From positions 496,001-560,000 of the forward strand of contig CP142733.1 of NCBI GenBank assembly GCA_036630325.1: a DNA stretch of 64,000 nt, read 5' to 3'. Position 1 is the first letter of the stretch. Each line of letters opens with the position of its first letter. The notes beneath the pieces were generated by a model. The model saw only the letters and a list, made by a program, of their open reading frames with translations, was not told where the DNA came from and did no database searches. The DNA is from Vairimorpha necatrix. Lineage: Eukaryota. The position numbers and the translations under genes were made by a program. Shown here one piece after another: positions 9,997-21,363 of the stretch.

Positions 9997-10704
9997 ATGG
10001 AATATGAAAATGAATATGTACACAAGTTTTATAAAGAATATGCAGGAGATTTTAATATAACGAGAAAGAAGATGTGGCCTAAAATAAGAGAATTTTTAGA
10101 GAAAAATGATCAAGAAGATTTTATAAATTTAGATGCGGGATGTGGAAATGGTAGGAATTTACCAAATAAGAAACAAGATAAATCTACAAAAATAGATGAT
10201 AATATTAAATTATGTGATAATATTAAATTATGCGAATGTCATAATATTAAATTATGTGATAATAATATTAAATGTGGAACTTGGTTTGGTTTAGATTATT
10301 CTTTAGAACTCTTAAAATGTATAAATAAATCTTCTAATTTAGTAAGAGGTGATTGTTTAAATCTTCCTTTTCTTGATAAATCTTTCGATTTAGTTCTCAG
10401 TATCGCCGTCTTACATCATTTCAGTACCAGTGCCCGCCGATCTGCTGCCTTAAAGGAGCTCAAGCGTGTTCTTAAAGACACAGGGAAGATTCTTCTTTAT
10501 GTCTGGAATGAAGACACGAAGAGTAAGAAGAAGTTTAGACAAGTGAAAGATAAAGATTATCTAGTGAAGTTTAATGGAATATTTGAGAGATATTATTATT
10601 TATATAATATTGAAGATTTAAGAAAAGAGTGTGAGGAGACAGGATTTAGAGTAGAAGAGATAGGAATAGAACAAGAGAGTATATTTATAATATTAACTCA
10701 ATAA
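9997..10704 (+). CDS. TRM9: tRNA wobble-uridine carboxymethyltransferase (Trm9/ALKBH8 methyltransferase-like)
   Basis: EYVHKFY...[21 protein letters not shown] motif, [18 protein letters not shown]. Confidence 0.88.
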   Translation: MEYENEYVHKFYKEYAGDFNITRKKMWPKIREFLEKNDQEDFINLDAGCGNGRNLPNKKQDKSTKIDDNIKLCDNIKLCECHNIKLCDNNIKCGTWFGLDYSLELLKCINKSSNLVRGDCLNLPFLDKSFDLVLSIAVLHHFSTSARRSAALKELKRVLKDTGKILLYVWNEDTKSKKKFRQVKDKDYLVKFNGIFERYYYLYNIEDLRKECEETGFRVEEIGIEQESIFIILTQ

Positions 10705-10879
10705 ACAACTATAAAATAAAATATTTATGCAAGATTTAGTTTATGTAAGATTTGTATTATTATAATGTAAGATTTGTATATAATATTTTTATGCAAGATT
10801 TAGTTTATGTAAGATTACATAAAATTATGCAACATAAACAAATCTAGAATAAATCTAGTACAAATATTTAGATAAATAT

Positions 10880-11167
10880 TTATTTATCAAGTAGACATTC
10901 TATTTGACTGTTCTTGTTCTTTAATCCTATCATACATATCTCACTCTTAAAATCTTCCAGTTCTTGGTCAAGTGTCTCCATGTTATTATCTAGGACATTG
11001 AGTAAGTGCACTAGTTCATTCTCTATTCCCATGTCTGCCTTCAGTGTCTTCAAGAGGCCTTTCCTTGTGTCTTCCTCTTGGACCAGAAGAGGCTTGATAT
11101 TAGTAGAAGATTTCTTAATGGCGTAAGTAACAGACTTAATATTCTCTAGATTTATCTGATGGATCAT
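10880..11167 (-). CDS. Hypothetical 95-aa coiled-coil protein
   Basis: Start moved to the ATG at 11167 (CCCCCTT-ATG); heptad-like LxxLDxxMETLDxELEDF segment. Confidence 0.7.
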   Translation of the reverse strand: MIHQINLENIKSVTYAIKKSSTNIKPLLVQEEDTRKGLLKTLKADMGIENELVHLLNVLDNNMETLDQELEDFKSEICMIGLKNKNSQIECLLDK

Positions 11168-11194
11168 AAGGGGGCAAAATATAAAAAACTTTTT

Positions 11195-11267
11195 CACCCG
11201 GTACGGGACTCGAACCCGCGACCCTTAGGTTAAGAGCCTAATGCTCTACCAACTGAGCTAACCGGGC
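11195..11267 (-). tRNA. tRNA-Lys (anticodon CTT)
   Basis: 73-nt cloverleaf GCCCGGTTAGCTCAGTTGGTAGAGCATTAGGCTCTTAACCTAAGGGTCGCGGGTTCGAGTCCCGTACCGGGTG, followed by a T6 terminator. Confidence 0.97.
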
Positions 11268-11398
11268 TTAAAAAATGTAATATTGCATATTATATTATAA
11301 ATATATTGTTATATTACAAATAGTATTATACAATATTAAATACAATATTGTATATTAAATATAATACTTTATAATTAAAATATAGAAGATAAATCTTT

Positions 11399-11848
11399 TT
11401 ATTTCTCTTCTATTGTTCCTTTGACTACATCTCTTAATTCACTATCTTCTTCTTCTTTCTTCTTCTCTTTAAGTTTCCCATATGCATATTCCTTATATTT
11501 CTTTATATTCTCCACTACTAGTCTCTTGATCTCCTGGATCTTCTCGTCTAGTTCCTCCTCGTATCTCCGCATAAACCCAGTGACGTAGAATCTGTAGATG
11601 AAAATTGACCCACTGCATTTTGGGACACTCATCCAAATGATAAGAATAAGCTTAAAGAACTGGTAGAAAGGAATAAATCTCAAGATGAAAGATAAGAGAT
11701 TATCTAAGATTAAGAAGATACACATAACTTTGAAATAAATATTGTAAATCTTTTTTAGATTTTTATTATCTTTTTCTACTTTAAATTGGTTGTAAGTGTT
11801 AAAGAAGACAAGACTTGTAGTGACAATGTTTACAATAATTCTAAGCAT
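11399..11848 (-). CDS. TB2/DP1/HVA22 (Yop1/REEP) family ER-shaping protein
   Basis: ILRFIPFYQFFKLILIIWMSVP...GSIFIY signature; CCCCC upstream of ATG. Confidence 0.88.
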   Translation of the reverse strand: MLRIIVNIVTTSLVFFNTYNQFKVEKDNKNLKKIYNIYFKVMCIFLILDNLLSFILRFIPFYQFFKLILIIWMSVPKCSGSIFIYRFYVTGFMRRYEEELDEKIQEIKRLVVENIKKYKEYAYGKLKEKKKEEEDSELRDVVKGTIEEK

Positions 11849-11968
11849 AAAATGAGGGGGAACAAAAAAAAATATGAAAAAATTAAAAAAGATTTATATT
11901 AAATATTTCTAATTCTAGTTATATTTATTATTTTTAATTTAGTTTTTTTTCTAGTTAAGTTTTCTAAT

Positions 11969-12109
11969 TTATGTTTTGTCTTCTTTTTTATATTTGTCAT
12001 ATTGTCTCCAATAATTTAAGTGCTCATGGGGAGTATTCTGGAAATGATCTCTAGTCAGAACTTTCTCTATCTTTTTCTTGGCTTCTAAAAACTTCTTGTT
12101 TGGTTCCAT
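11969..12109 (-). CDS. Small 46-aa protein (MEPNKKFLEAKKKIEKVLTRDHFQNTPHEHLNYWRQYDKYKKEDKT), absent from the ORF track
   Basis: ATG at 12109 with a CCC motif about 13 nt upstream; GC content above the flanks; fills the gap between two same-strand genes. Confidence 0.65.
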   Translation of the reverse strand: MEPNKKFLEAKKKIEKVLTRDHFQNTPHEHLNYWRQYDKYKKEDKT

Positions 12110-12251
12110 GGAAATTAATTAAGGGATTATAAAAAAGACAAGGAACCAATAAAAAAATATCAATTATTTAAATATATCTATTATAATATATAATAGATAT
12201 AATATTATAAATATTATACATTATATATATTATATATATTATATATTAAGT

Positions 12252-12875
12252 TTATTTTATTAGTTTTAAGGGTTTAATGTTCTCAGTTCTACATTTCTTT
12301 ACATATTCCTTATGCTTATTCAATCCACTAATTATATTCTCACAATACTCTTTATAAATCCCTCTACTTATCTTCTTTATCCCTTCTATCATAACACCCA
12401 CTACTTCTATAAATCCATATTTATCACTAAACTTATTCATATTCTCAAAAATCAAAGACTTAATTTCTCCAAGTACGAAAGTTGTATCAACTTTATTAAT
12501 ACTCAATGAGTCATAAGTCTGCGACTCATCAGACTCATTGGTATTAATAGTCTGATTTAATAAATCTACTAAATAAAAACTCATTGGTACAAAATAAAAA
12601 AAAGAAGATATATTTTTGATAATACGAAGTCTGAAAATTATAAAAGAAGTGTCTTTGTATTTATCAAGTACAAATAATAAAATATCTATTAATAATCTGT
12701 AATCATTAGGCTTTTTTATAATTTTTAATAAGATTTCTACTGAGAAAATGAATTTGACTCTGTTTAAGTCAAGAGAAGAATTTTTAAGGAGAAGGAGTTC
12801 ATTGGGAATATTTAAAAGAGCGAGATTTGAAGGGGAGATCTGGTCAATATTACTGTAAAGAAAATCAATATTCAT
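12252..12875 (-). CDS. NOC2: Reduced nucleolar complex protein Noc2-like, 207 aa
   Basis: IIFRLRIIKNIS..YFVPMSFYLVDLL and GFIEVV...LNKHKEYVKKCR parallel the Noc2 segments FPLRFHxIRSL..YIPL..LLEVL and AFPEL...LEENSKFIEEKR. Start at CCCCCATTTT-ATG (12875). Confidence 0.7.
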   Translation of the reverse strand: MNIDFLYSNIDQISPSNLALLNIPNELLLLKNSSLDLNRVKFIFSVEILLKIIKKPNDYRLLIDILLFVLDKYKDTSFIIFRLRIIKNISSFFYFVPMSFYLVDLLNQTINTNESDESQTYDSLSINKVDTTFVLGEIKSLIFENMNKFSDKYGFIEVVGVMIEGIKKISRGIYKEYCENIISGLNKHKEYVKKCRTENIKPLKLIK

Positions 12876-12926
12876 AAAATGGGGGATAAAAAAAAAAAAA
12901 AAAAATATTATAAATATTATGAATAT

Positions 12927-13050
12927 TGTCAAATGTTTTATTTGGATTTTCCATCCCCTCTTTCGGAAATGTTTTTAAATACTTTTTGTAGCCAATCAAA
13001 TCTGTCCATTTGTAAGAATATGATTGGTCAGCATTTGATCGGCTACGACA
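12927..13050 (-). repeat. 3' LTR of the family-1 element
   Basis: Identical to 16656-16779; adjacent to the PPT at 13051-13057. Confidence 0.97.
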
Positions 13051-13055
13051 CCCCC

Positions 13056-16000
13056 TCAATCAGTCTTCGACGTGTCCTTCTTAATATGACTTATGTTAAC
13101 TCTCAATTCGCCTGCTGAATTTTTTCTTTTTACCAGAAATGCGTCTTCACTTAAAATTTTGACAATAATATAACCAGGTGACCATTTAGCTTCTAACTTT
13201 CCACTTCCTGGGTAATCTCTGTAAACTAAAACATCTTCTCCTATTTTAAACTTTTGCTTTATATCTTTTTCCCCTTTAACGATGTATTTGCTGTATTTTT
13301 TAAAGTTTAAGTCCCTCTTCCGTAAAAGTTCTTGCTTCGTATAGGTCTTAGGGTAACTCCTATTCTCTCATCTATGGCTGTTGTTATTTGCTGACCGTAT
13401 TTTAGAATGTACGGCGATGTTCCTATTGATCGGTTAAACGATAGATTTACTGCCAATGTAGCTTCTTTGACAACTTTCCTCCAGCCAATTTCGCCATAGT
13501 TTGCTAATTTTCTAATTTTGTTCGTCAATGTTTGTATGACCCTCTTAACCGCGCCTGTAGTCTGGTGATGGTATGGCGAACAAAATTCCCATGATATATT
13601 ATACTTTGAACCTAATGCTTGTACCACGCTGTTGTCAAACTCTAAGCCGTTGTCTGTCAAGATTCTTTCGGGTATCCCATGCTTACTAATGATTAATTCT
13701 TCATACGCCTTATATATTTCACAGCTCTTTTTGCTTCGTAAGATCTTGGTTTCTATCCATTTAGAGTAGTGATCGATCGCTACAAATATGTATCCGCTTC
13801 CGCTGTTGTCCGAAAGTTTTCTAAGCAGATCAAATTCCCACAGCAGATTGGGTCTTTCTGAAAGTATTACTTTGTTCTTTGTCTTCACGCGTTGATATCC
13901 CGAACGAAGACATGTTTTGCAATTGCTTACGAATTTCGAAATGTCTTGGTGCATTGTTTTCCACTTATGTGCCTGTGGAATCATAAATTTCATAGTATTT
14001 GATGTCCCATGCCCTGATATTGTATGATACTTTTCTAGTATGTAGTTGATGTTATTATTCGAAAACTGATGTAAATCAATGTTACATGTTTCACACTCTT
14101 GGTGGAATCTACTAAAGCCATCAGCAATGTTATGCTCTCCTTTTATATACTCCAATTCGAAGTCGTATTCCGCCAATTTGAGTGCCCATCTGAGAATCCT
14201 ACTAGTTGGATCCTTCACTGTCCATAGATAGATTAAGGCTTTGTGGTCTGTTCTGAGCGTAAATTTGCTTCCCAAAAGGTAATGTCTAAAATGTTCTATT
14301 CCTTTAACCAAGCCAAGAAGTTCTTTATCGGTAACTGAATAATTCTTCTGACAATTATCTAGTCTTTTGCTAAAGGCGGCTATCATTTTTTCAGCTCCAG
14401 TTTTGTTCTTTTGCAGCAGCACTGCTCCTATTCCCGTTTCAGATGCGTCAGTAACCAGAATGAATGGAGCTTTAAAATTTGGCTGTGTACGTATTGTATT
14501 TTGGCTTAGTACTTTTTTAACGGTTTTAAACGTATCCAGCTGTTTGTCAGTAAGTTTAATTTTTTTACCAGATGTCTGTTTTTCGCCCTTAAGTACATCA
14601 TACAAGGGTCCCGTAATTTCTGCCATCTTTGTCACAAAATCCCTGCAATAGTTGGCCATTCCTAGAAAACTCCTTAATTCCTTTATGGTGGTAGGAATTG
14701 GGTACGCTTGTATATCCTTAATGCGCGTTTCGTCTACCTTTATGATTCCGTTTCCAATGACGTTCCCCAAGATCTTTATTTCCGATCTAAAGAATTTACA
14801 CTTTTTCTTATTAAGCGATAGATTTGCCGCTCTTATTTTTCCCAATACTATTCTCACATGTTTCTTATGTTCTTCCTTGTTCCTTGAATATATTATAATA
14901 TCGTCTAAGTATGGGATCACAAAATTATGGTTTTCTTTCCTGAATATATTGTCCATTGCCCTTTGAAATGTTGCTGGGGCGTTACATAGTCCGAACGGCA
15001 TACGATTAAATTCGTATAATTTCCCCCTATACGAAAATGCTGTCTTTTCCTTGTCTTCTTCTTGTAAAGGAATTTGATGGAATCCACTAGTCGCGTCCAG
15101 TATTGTAAAAATAGTTGCAGTTGATAGACTGTCAAAAATCTCGTCGATTCTAGGTGTCATGTATGCGTCCTTTACTGTTATGCTATTCAGACCTCTATAG
15201 TCTACGCACATTCTCCATGTTTTGTCAGGCTTCGGTACCATCAGTATTCTGCTACACCAGGGACTTCTGCTTTCCCTTAAAATTCCAAGTTCTAGGAGTT
15301 TGTTGATTTCTTTATTTACGGCTTCTTCTTGTGATACTGGTATTCTTCCGTTCCTTTGGCAAATTATCTTCGTACTGTTCGTCTGTATACGATGACTACC
15401 TGCAGTGCAGAGGGTATAGTCGCTTATTTCTGTTTTGAAGACGTCCTCGTACTCTTTCAAAATTTTGTTCTCTTCTAAATCACATGCGGAATTCGACATT
15501 TGGTTGATTCTATATTTTGGTGCATTTAGAATATCTAAAATCAGTTTTTTATTGTCGCATATTACATTTGCTCCTATTATAACATATTTTATGTCTTTGA
15601 TTATTAAGGGTGAGAAGATCACACCTTTTCCATTGATTTCGATTATACAGTCTTTTAAATAGCCTTCAATTTTTAATATTTCATTTCTTATACCTTTTAC
15701 TACGCCATTATATCTAATAATCTTATTACGTTCTTCTTGTGGAATATCATTGTAATTTATGACCGAAACATCGGCCCCAGTGTCTAGTAGTACTTTCGTA
15801 TTTTTATTAAAGAGACGGCTTTGAACAAACAATGGGTTAAAACTATTTTGTATAGGATGTAAATAGAATTCAATTTCTTTATTGTCATGATCTTTCTCGT
15901 CACTTTCGTATTCTTCAACGGCATTTATATTTTTTCTCTTCAAGTTGTTTCTTTCTCTATTGAGTATTATGGTAAGTGCTTTGCAATCTCTTGTGGAATG

Positions 16001-16683
16001 GTTACATTCCCCGTGGAGTGTGCACCGTTTATTAGTATGCCGCGGTAGTTTTTCATGGGTTATGTTTTTTTAAATCCTTTTTCTTTGTAAAAATTAGTGT
16101 GGGGCCCTCTGCCCGCGTTGTCGTGTAGCTTAGTCCTAGCTAACATCTTATCGGGATATGGAATCCACGATATCTCCTCCGCCTTTTGTATAAATCCTTG
16201 CCACGTCTGGACTGTAGTTGCGGTCTGGTATAACAGAGCTTTTATCTCCATTGGTGATTTATTAATTACCATTTGGCACAAAGCGTCCAAATTTATAAGA
16301 GATCTCTCATATATTACAGTAGCTTCCTGTAGCATCTGCGAGTAATCTTCTCTCGTTTCCGGGACCATTATTGAGAGGAACCTGCTTAGTGTTATATCGT
16401 TGTTCTTATACGATCCAAATCTTTTCTTTATTAAATGAAGTATTTCCTCTAAGCTGACTGTCTCCATTTTCCCGCCTTATGTCTGGGAAGCCCATGATAA
16501 TGCTTTCCCCCTGAGCTTGCTCACCAATGCCGTTTTGAATTGATCATTGGTCCATTTCGAAACTTCCCCTACCAACATTATGTCTCTCAGCCAGACATTT
16601 ACATCCTCACCTGCTTCTCCTGTGAAGCATCCGACATTGTTTGTCGTTGTCGCCATGTCAAATGTTTTATTTGGATTTTCCAT
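13056..16683 (-). pseudogene. Disrupted gag-pol polyprotein
   Basis: CX2HX4HX4C knuckle, protease LLDTGAD, RT YLDD, RNase H TDAS, integrase D..D with E replaced by K (GAVKRVIQT). In-frame TAA at 16477-16479, frameshift in an A7 run (16065-16071) and two more frameshifts near 13340 and 13125. Confidence 0.9.
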
Positions 16684-16779
16684 CCCCTCTTTCGGAAATG
16701 TTTTTAAATACTTTTTGTAGCCAATCAAATCTGTCCATTTGTAAGAATATGATTGGTCAGCATTTGATCGGCTACGACA
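16656..16779 (-). repeat. 5' LTR of the family-1 element
   Basis: Identical to 12927-13050; followed directly by the PBS. Confidence 0.97.
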
Positions 16780-17020
16780 AATATTATAAATATTATAAAT
16801 ATTATAAATATAATAAATTTTATAAAAAAAATATGAATATTGTGTAACCACATAATAGTATACAGAATTGGGTATAAATATAATTATTTCTGAAAATAGA
16901 AAAAAAATCTGGACAATGAAAAACTTTAAAAAATGACTTAGTTAATTCATTAAAAATTAATAGATGTGGAATTTTGTCTTTATAAAAACGGCCAAAAAGT
17001 CATTTCATTGGATTAAAAAG

Positions 17021-19897
17021 TACCAATGCTTTATTGTTATTTTTCTCCTCTTTTCAAGAGTGTTTTAAACTTTTAGTAATCAACTAATATTATTGGTCAG
17101 TCAGTGACGTATCCTTATTTATCGGACTTTTATTGACTCATAATTCAACAGAAGAATTTTTCTTAATACTCAAATTGTCTTTACCTAATATTCTGACAAT
17201 AAAATGGCCAAGTGACCATTAGATTCTAGATTACTAATGTATCTCCGCAGGGAAGAACATTTTATATAATTCTAAACTTTTTAATTTAACTTTTTGATGT
17301 ATTTTTTAAAGTTTAAATCACGTTTTTGTGTAAGTTAATGCTTCGTATGTATCTTAAGAAGCTCTTTTAATTTCATCTACTGCTATGTTATTTGCTGCTT
17401 GAAAAATTTACAAGGATGATCCCTTTGATCTAAAAACGATAGATTTACTGCCAATGAATCTTCTAGAACGACCTGTTCAGATTATTTCCTCATAGTTTGC
17501 TAATTTTGTTCGTCAATGTCTATGATTCACTGCATCTGTTATTTGGTGGTAAAAGGCGAACAAAATATCTAAGATAAACTGACTTAGACCCAAATGCCTC
17601 TACTTAAGCGTTGTCAAACTATAAACGTTTGTTTATCAAGATTCTTTAGGGTATCCCATGCTTACAAAGATTTATTTCTCTATTGTCTTATATATTTCGC
17701 AACGCAAAATTTTATTTTCTATTTGTTTTGCAGTAGTGATCGATTGCTATAAATATGTATCCGTTGTTTCTAAAACAGATTAACTTTTCAAAGCTGAGTC
17801 GGTCTTTTTAAAAGTATGGCATTGTTCTTTGTTGATATCTCGAACATAGACAAATTTTGCACTTACTTACGAATTTGATACTTCTTGATGCATGGTTTCA
17901 CGATATGACCGAGAAATCATAAATTTTATGTCACATGCCCTGATATTTTATGATACTCCTTTAGTATGCCGGTAGTGTTATTGTTCGATAACTGATGTAA
18001 ATCAATGTTAGACGTTTCACAATCTCGGTGAAATCTACCAATACATCGTCTATGTTATGCTCTCATTTTATATACTTCATTTAAAAGCCGTATTCCGACT
18101 ATTTGAGTACATATATGAGAAACCTACTTGTCGAAATCTTACGTGTACATAGATAGATTGAGGCTTTATGGTCCGTTTATAGCGTAAATTTGCTTCCTAA
18201 AAGGTAATGTCTAAATGCCCTATTCCTTTAACCAAGTCAAAGAGTACTTTATCGATAAATGAAGAAATTTTCAGACATTATTTAGTCTCTTGCTAAACAT
18301 AGTATTATTTTTTTAGTTCCACCTTTGTGCTGTTGTAGAAGCACTGCTCCGATTCCCGTTTAATATTAGTCAGAAACCAGTATGAATTGGGATTTATAAT
18401 TTTGTATTTACGTATTGTATTTTACTTAGTACTTTTTAGCGGGGTTAACAAACTTAATATTCGGTTTTAAATTTTTATACCAGAAGTCTGTTTTTCGCCC
18501 TTAAGCACGTCATACAAGGGTCCATAATTTCTGCCATCTTTGTCACAAAACCCCTGCAATAATTAGCTATTGATATAAACTTCTTAATTCATTTATGGTG
18601 GTAGAAATTGGGGCTGTTTGTATATATTTGATGCGCGTTTCGTCTACCTTTATGATTCTATTTTCAATGACATTCCCTAAACCCTTTGTTTCTGATTTAT
18701 AAACTTATACTCTTTTCTATTAAGCGATAAATTTAACGTTCTTATTTTTACCAATACTACTTTCACATGTTTCTTAAGGTCTCCCTTGTTTTTATAATAG
18801 ATTATAATATCGTATATGCATGGGGATCACAAAATTTTGGTTTTTTTTACTAAATTTATTGTCCATCCCCCTTGGAATGTTGCTGGTGCATCACATAGTC
18901 CGAATGGCATACGATTAAATTCGTATTTTTTTCATCTATAAGGAAATGCTGTCTTTCCCTTGTCTTTTTTTGTAAAGGAATATGATGGAACAAACATCGC
19001 GTCCAGTATTGCAAAATGGTCGAAGTTTAGGGCTGTCAAAAACACGTTGAACTCAAAAGTCAAGTATGCGCCCTTTAGTGATATTTCATTTAGACCTATA
19101 TAGTCTACGCACGTTATCCATGTTTTACCTGGTTTAGGTACCATCAATATTCTGCTACTCCAGTGGATTCTGATTTCCCTTAAAATTCCAAGTTTCAGGA
19201 GTATATTGATTTCTCCATTTACGGCCTCGGTAAATGACCGTCTGGAATCTGCATTAGCAAAATGAACCCGCAAAAGAAAACCAAATTCGCATTGGAAATA
19301 TGAAAAAATTATTAAAAAGAGAATTAACAACTTATTTTGAATAATAAAAAGAAGATAATTTATACTACACTTTTCGGTATTTGATAAGTCAAAGGAACTG
19401 TAAAAGGTACTCATATTATTCTTCATGGTTTATTTCACGTCTATACCGGATATATCTCCTAGAAATAAATTTAAATCTCCCAATTTTTCTGATATTGTGT
19501 CTCAAAATTATTAAAGTTTACGAAATTGACGACATGATCCACAGTCTTGTGATTCATCTCTGCGATTTATTTAATGCGGCATCATATGCTTTCCATTGAT
19601 CATATTAAAATTAGGTAATACAAAAGTATTACCGAAAGGGCAATGGCCGCATTTCTACTAGTCTCAGTACAAGTAGGGCACACGATGGTTCTGCATTATT
19701 CGATTTTTATAAAATAAACTTTAATTTTTTTCCATTTTCAAAAAAAATTCAAAAGTTATAATCAATTTTTTGTTTTTTGATAAGAAATCCTTTCCAATTT
19801 TCAATGCGGGTTCCCAACGGTCATGTACACCTTTAGTAAAGAATCAATTATTATATTTGTTAGAATATGATTAGTATGTCTTTGATTGGCTACGACA
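17021..19897 (-). mobile_element. Degenerate, internally deleted relative of the family-1 Ty3/gypsy element
   Basis: Colinear nucleotide similarity to 13060-15320 (INT, RH, RT); RT remnant ORF at 18932-19426; LTR-like end TTTGATTGGCTACGACA at 19897; eroded LTR near 17021-17100. Left boundary approximate. Confidence 0.85.
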
Positions 19898-20310
19898 TAA
19901 ATTATTTGTAATGAAAAATTAAACTAAATAATTTTTTTGCTTTTACACAGTAAATATAACTTTTTTTTATGACAATAGCATAAATGAAACATATAATTTG
20001 AAATATTGCATGTATATGGTACACCTTTTGTATGTTTTTTTACTTCTATTAGATTTTCAATTGCACTACTCTCTTTTAGCTATAGGCAAAATTTAATTAT
20101 AATTCGAAGTATCTAGTATATTTCTTAAATTTATCTACATTTTAATTTTATATGTCATTTTTTAATATAATGATAAATAAGGTTATTCTTCTAAGTTATA
20201 TATTTAACAGAATTTGGCAACAAATCATTCTCTTTATCGTAAAAGATCATTTTTTAATATAATAAAAAATTTTATATTTTCTTATATATAACTAATTATT
20301 TTCTATCCCC

Positions 20311-21363
20311 ATGATACATTTACTATTTTGTCTATTAAAAATATATTGTAACGGATCTGTCTTTGTTATTGAAAACAGCAATCATCATTTAGAAGTGTAC
20401 TTAAGTCTACTAGAAGAAAAAACGGATCAAACGTACATCTTAAAAGAATACGATAGTACTGCCTCCCATGTTTTTTCTAAAATATTGGAGCAAGACAAGG
20501 AATACGTAAACTATTTGCTAACTTATATCAGGAGCAGCGACTCGGAACAGAATTATCTATTAACTCTATTTCAAAACGGCAACATTTTTTTAAAAACAAC
20601 ATTTAAATTTGACAATACAAAGTCTTATTGTATAGAAACAAGTAATCAAGACAAGGTAATCATGAGTAGTGTAATAGATTTTGATAGTAATAAAAAACTG
20701 TATGAAGTAAAATGGACTATTATTGATGAAGAACCAATTAAAAATGAAGAAGAAGTTGATATTATCAATAAAAATATAGCGGATGATTCATCTTATACTG
20801 ATATAGTAAAGACGAATAAAGATATTAACACTAATAATGAAGAAAACAAAATTGAATCAACCTCAGAGATAGATGAAAATTTGGATTTAGAAATTAAAAA
20901 AGTAATTGAAAAAATAACATCAGAATCTGTTTATATTGATTCGCCAGATGCGAATGAAAAATCAAGATTTAAAATTGAGTCTGTGTCTACTGATGTAAAC
21001 GAAATTTCTTTTGTAGTTCTAGATAATCCAAATATTGTCGCAACGGAGATAGTCGGAAATCAACCAATAAACGAACAAAATATTGAAGAAGATAAGACAA
21101 TGAACTGTTTAACAACGGAAAAAAATGAAGAACAACAAACAACAAATTGTTCATTGAAAACTTCTGATCATAAAGATGATGAAACTAAGGAAAAAGAAGT
21201 GCTAGCAGTAACTAATAAAGAAAATGAAATAAATGAAGAAGAAAAACATGGGAACCTCACAAAAGATGATAAAAAAATGAACTTTATTGGCAAATCTGCT
21301 ATTGTGTTGTGGTTTGGGGCTGTCATACTAATTTTATATATGAAAAATAAAACTTCTTATTGA
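20311..21363 (+). CDS. Predicted surface protein, family A (signal peptide, conserved N-domain, acidic stalk, C-terminal TM)
   Basis: CCCC-ATG; hydrophobic N-terminus; VYLSL, GNIFLKTTF and LYEVKW motifs shared with paralogs; C-terminal AIVLWFGAVILILYM. Confidence 0.85.
   Translation: MIHLLFCLLKIYCNGSVFVIENSNHHLEVYLSLLEEKTDQTYILKEYDSTASHVFSKILEQDKEYVNYLLTYIRSSDSEQNYLLTLFQNGNIFLKTTFKFDNTKSYCIETSNQDKVIMSSVIDFDSNKKLYEVKWTIIDEEPIKNEEEVDIINKNIADDSSYTDIVKTNKDINTNNEENKIESTSEIDENLDLEIKKVIEKITSESVYIDSPDANEKSRFKIESVSTDVNEISFVVLDNPNIVATEIVGNQPINEQNIEEDKTMNCLTTEKNEEQQTTNCSLKTSDHKDDETKEKEVLAVTNKENEINEEEKHGNLTKDDKKMNFIGKSAIVLWFGAVILILYMKNKTSY

Larger units (their letters stand above)
12927..16779 (-). mobile_element. 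Full-length Ty3/gypsy LTR retrotransposon (family 1), 3853 bp, coding-defective
   Basis: Identical 124-bp LTRs with TG...CA ends; 5-bp TSD AATAT (12922-12926 and 16780-16784); PBS TGGCGACAACG; PPT GAGGGGG; domain order gag-PR-RT-RH-INT. Confidence 0.97.

Noticed and set aside
16055-16080. Programmed -1 frameshift between gag and pol at TTTAAAAAAAC
   Set aside because: No X XXY YYZ heptamer in the gag frame, and the gag zinc knuckle lies after the shift. A 1-nt loss in a single gag-pol ORF is the simpler explanation.
16477-16479. Stop-codon read-through in gag
   Set aside because: The TAA is early in the capsid region of a copy with several other lesions; more likely a nonsense mutation.
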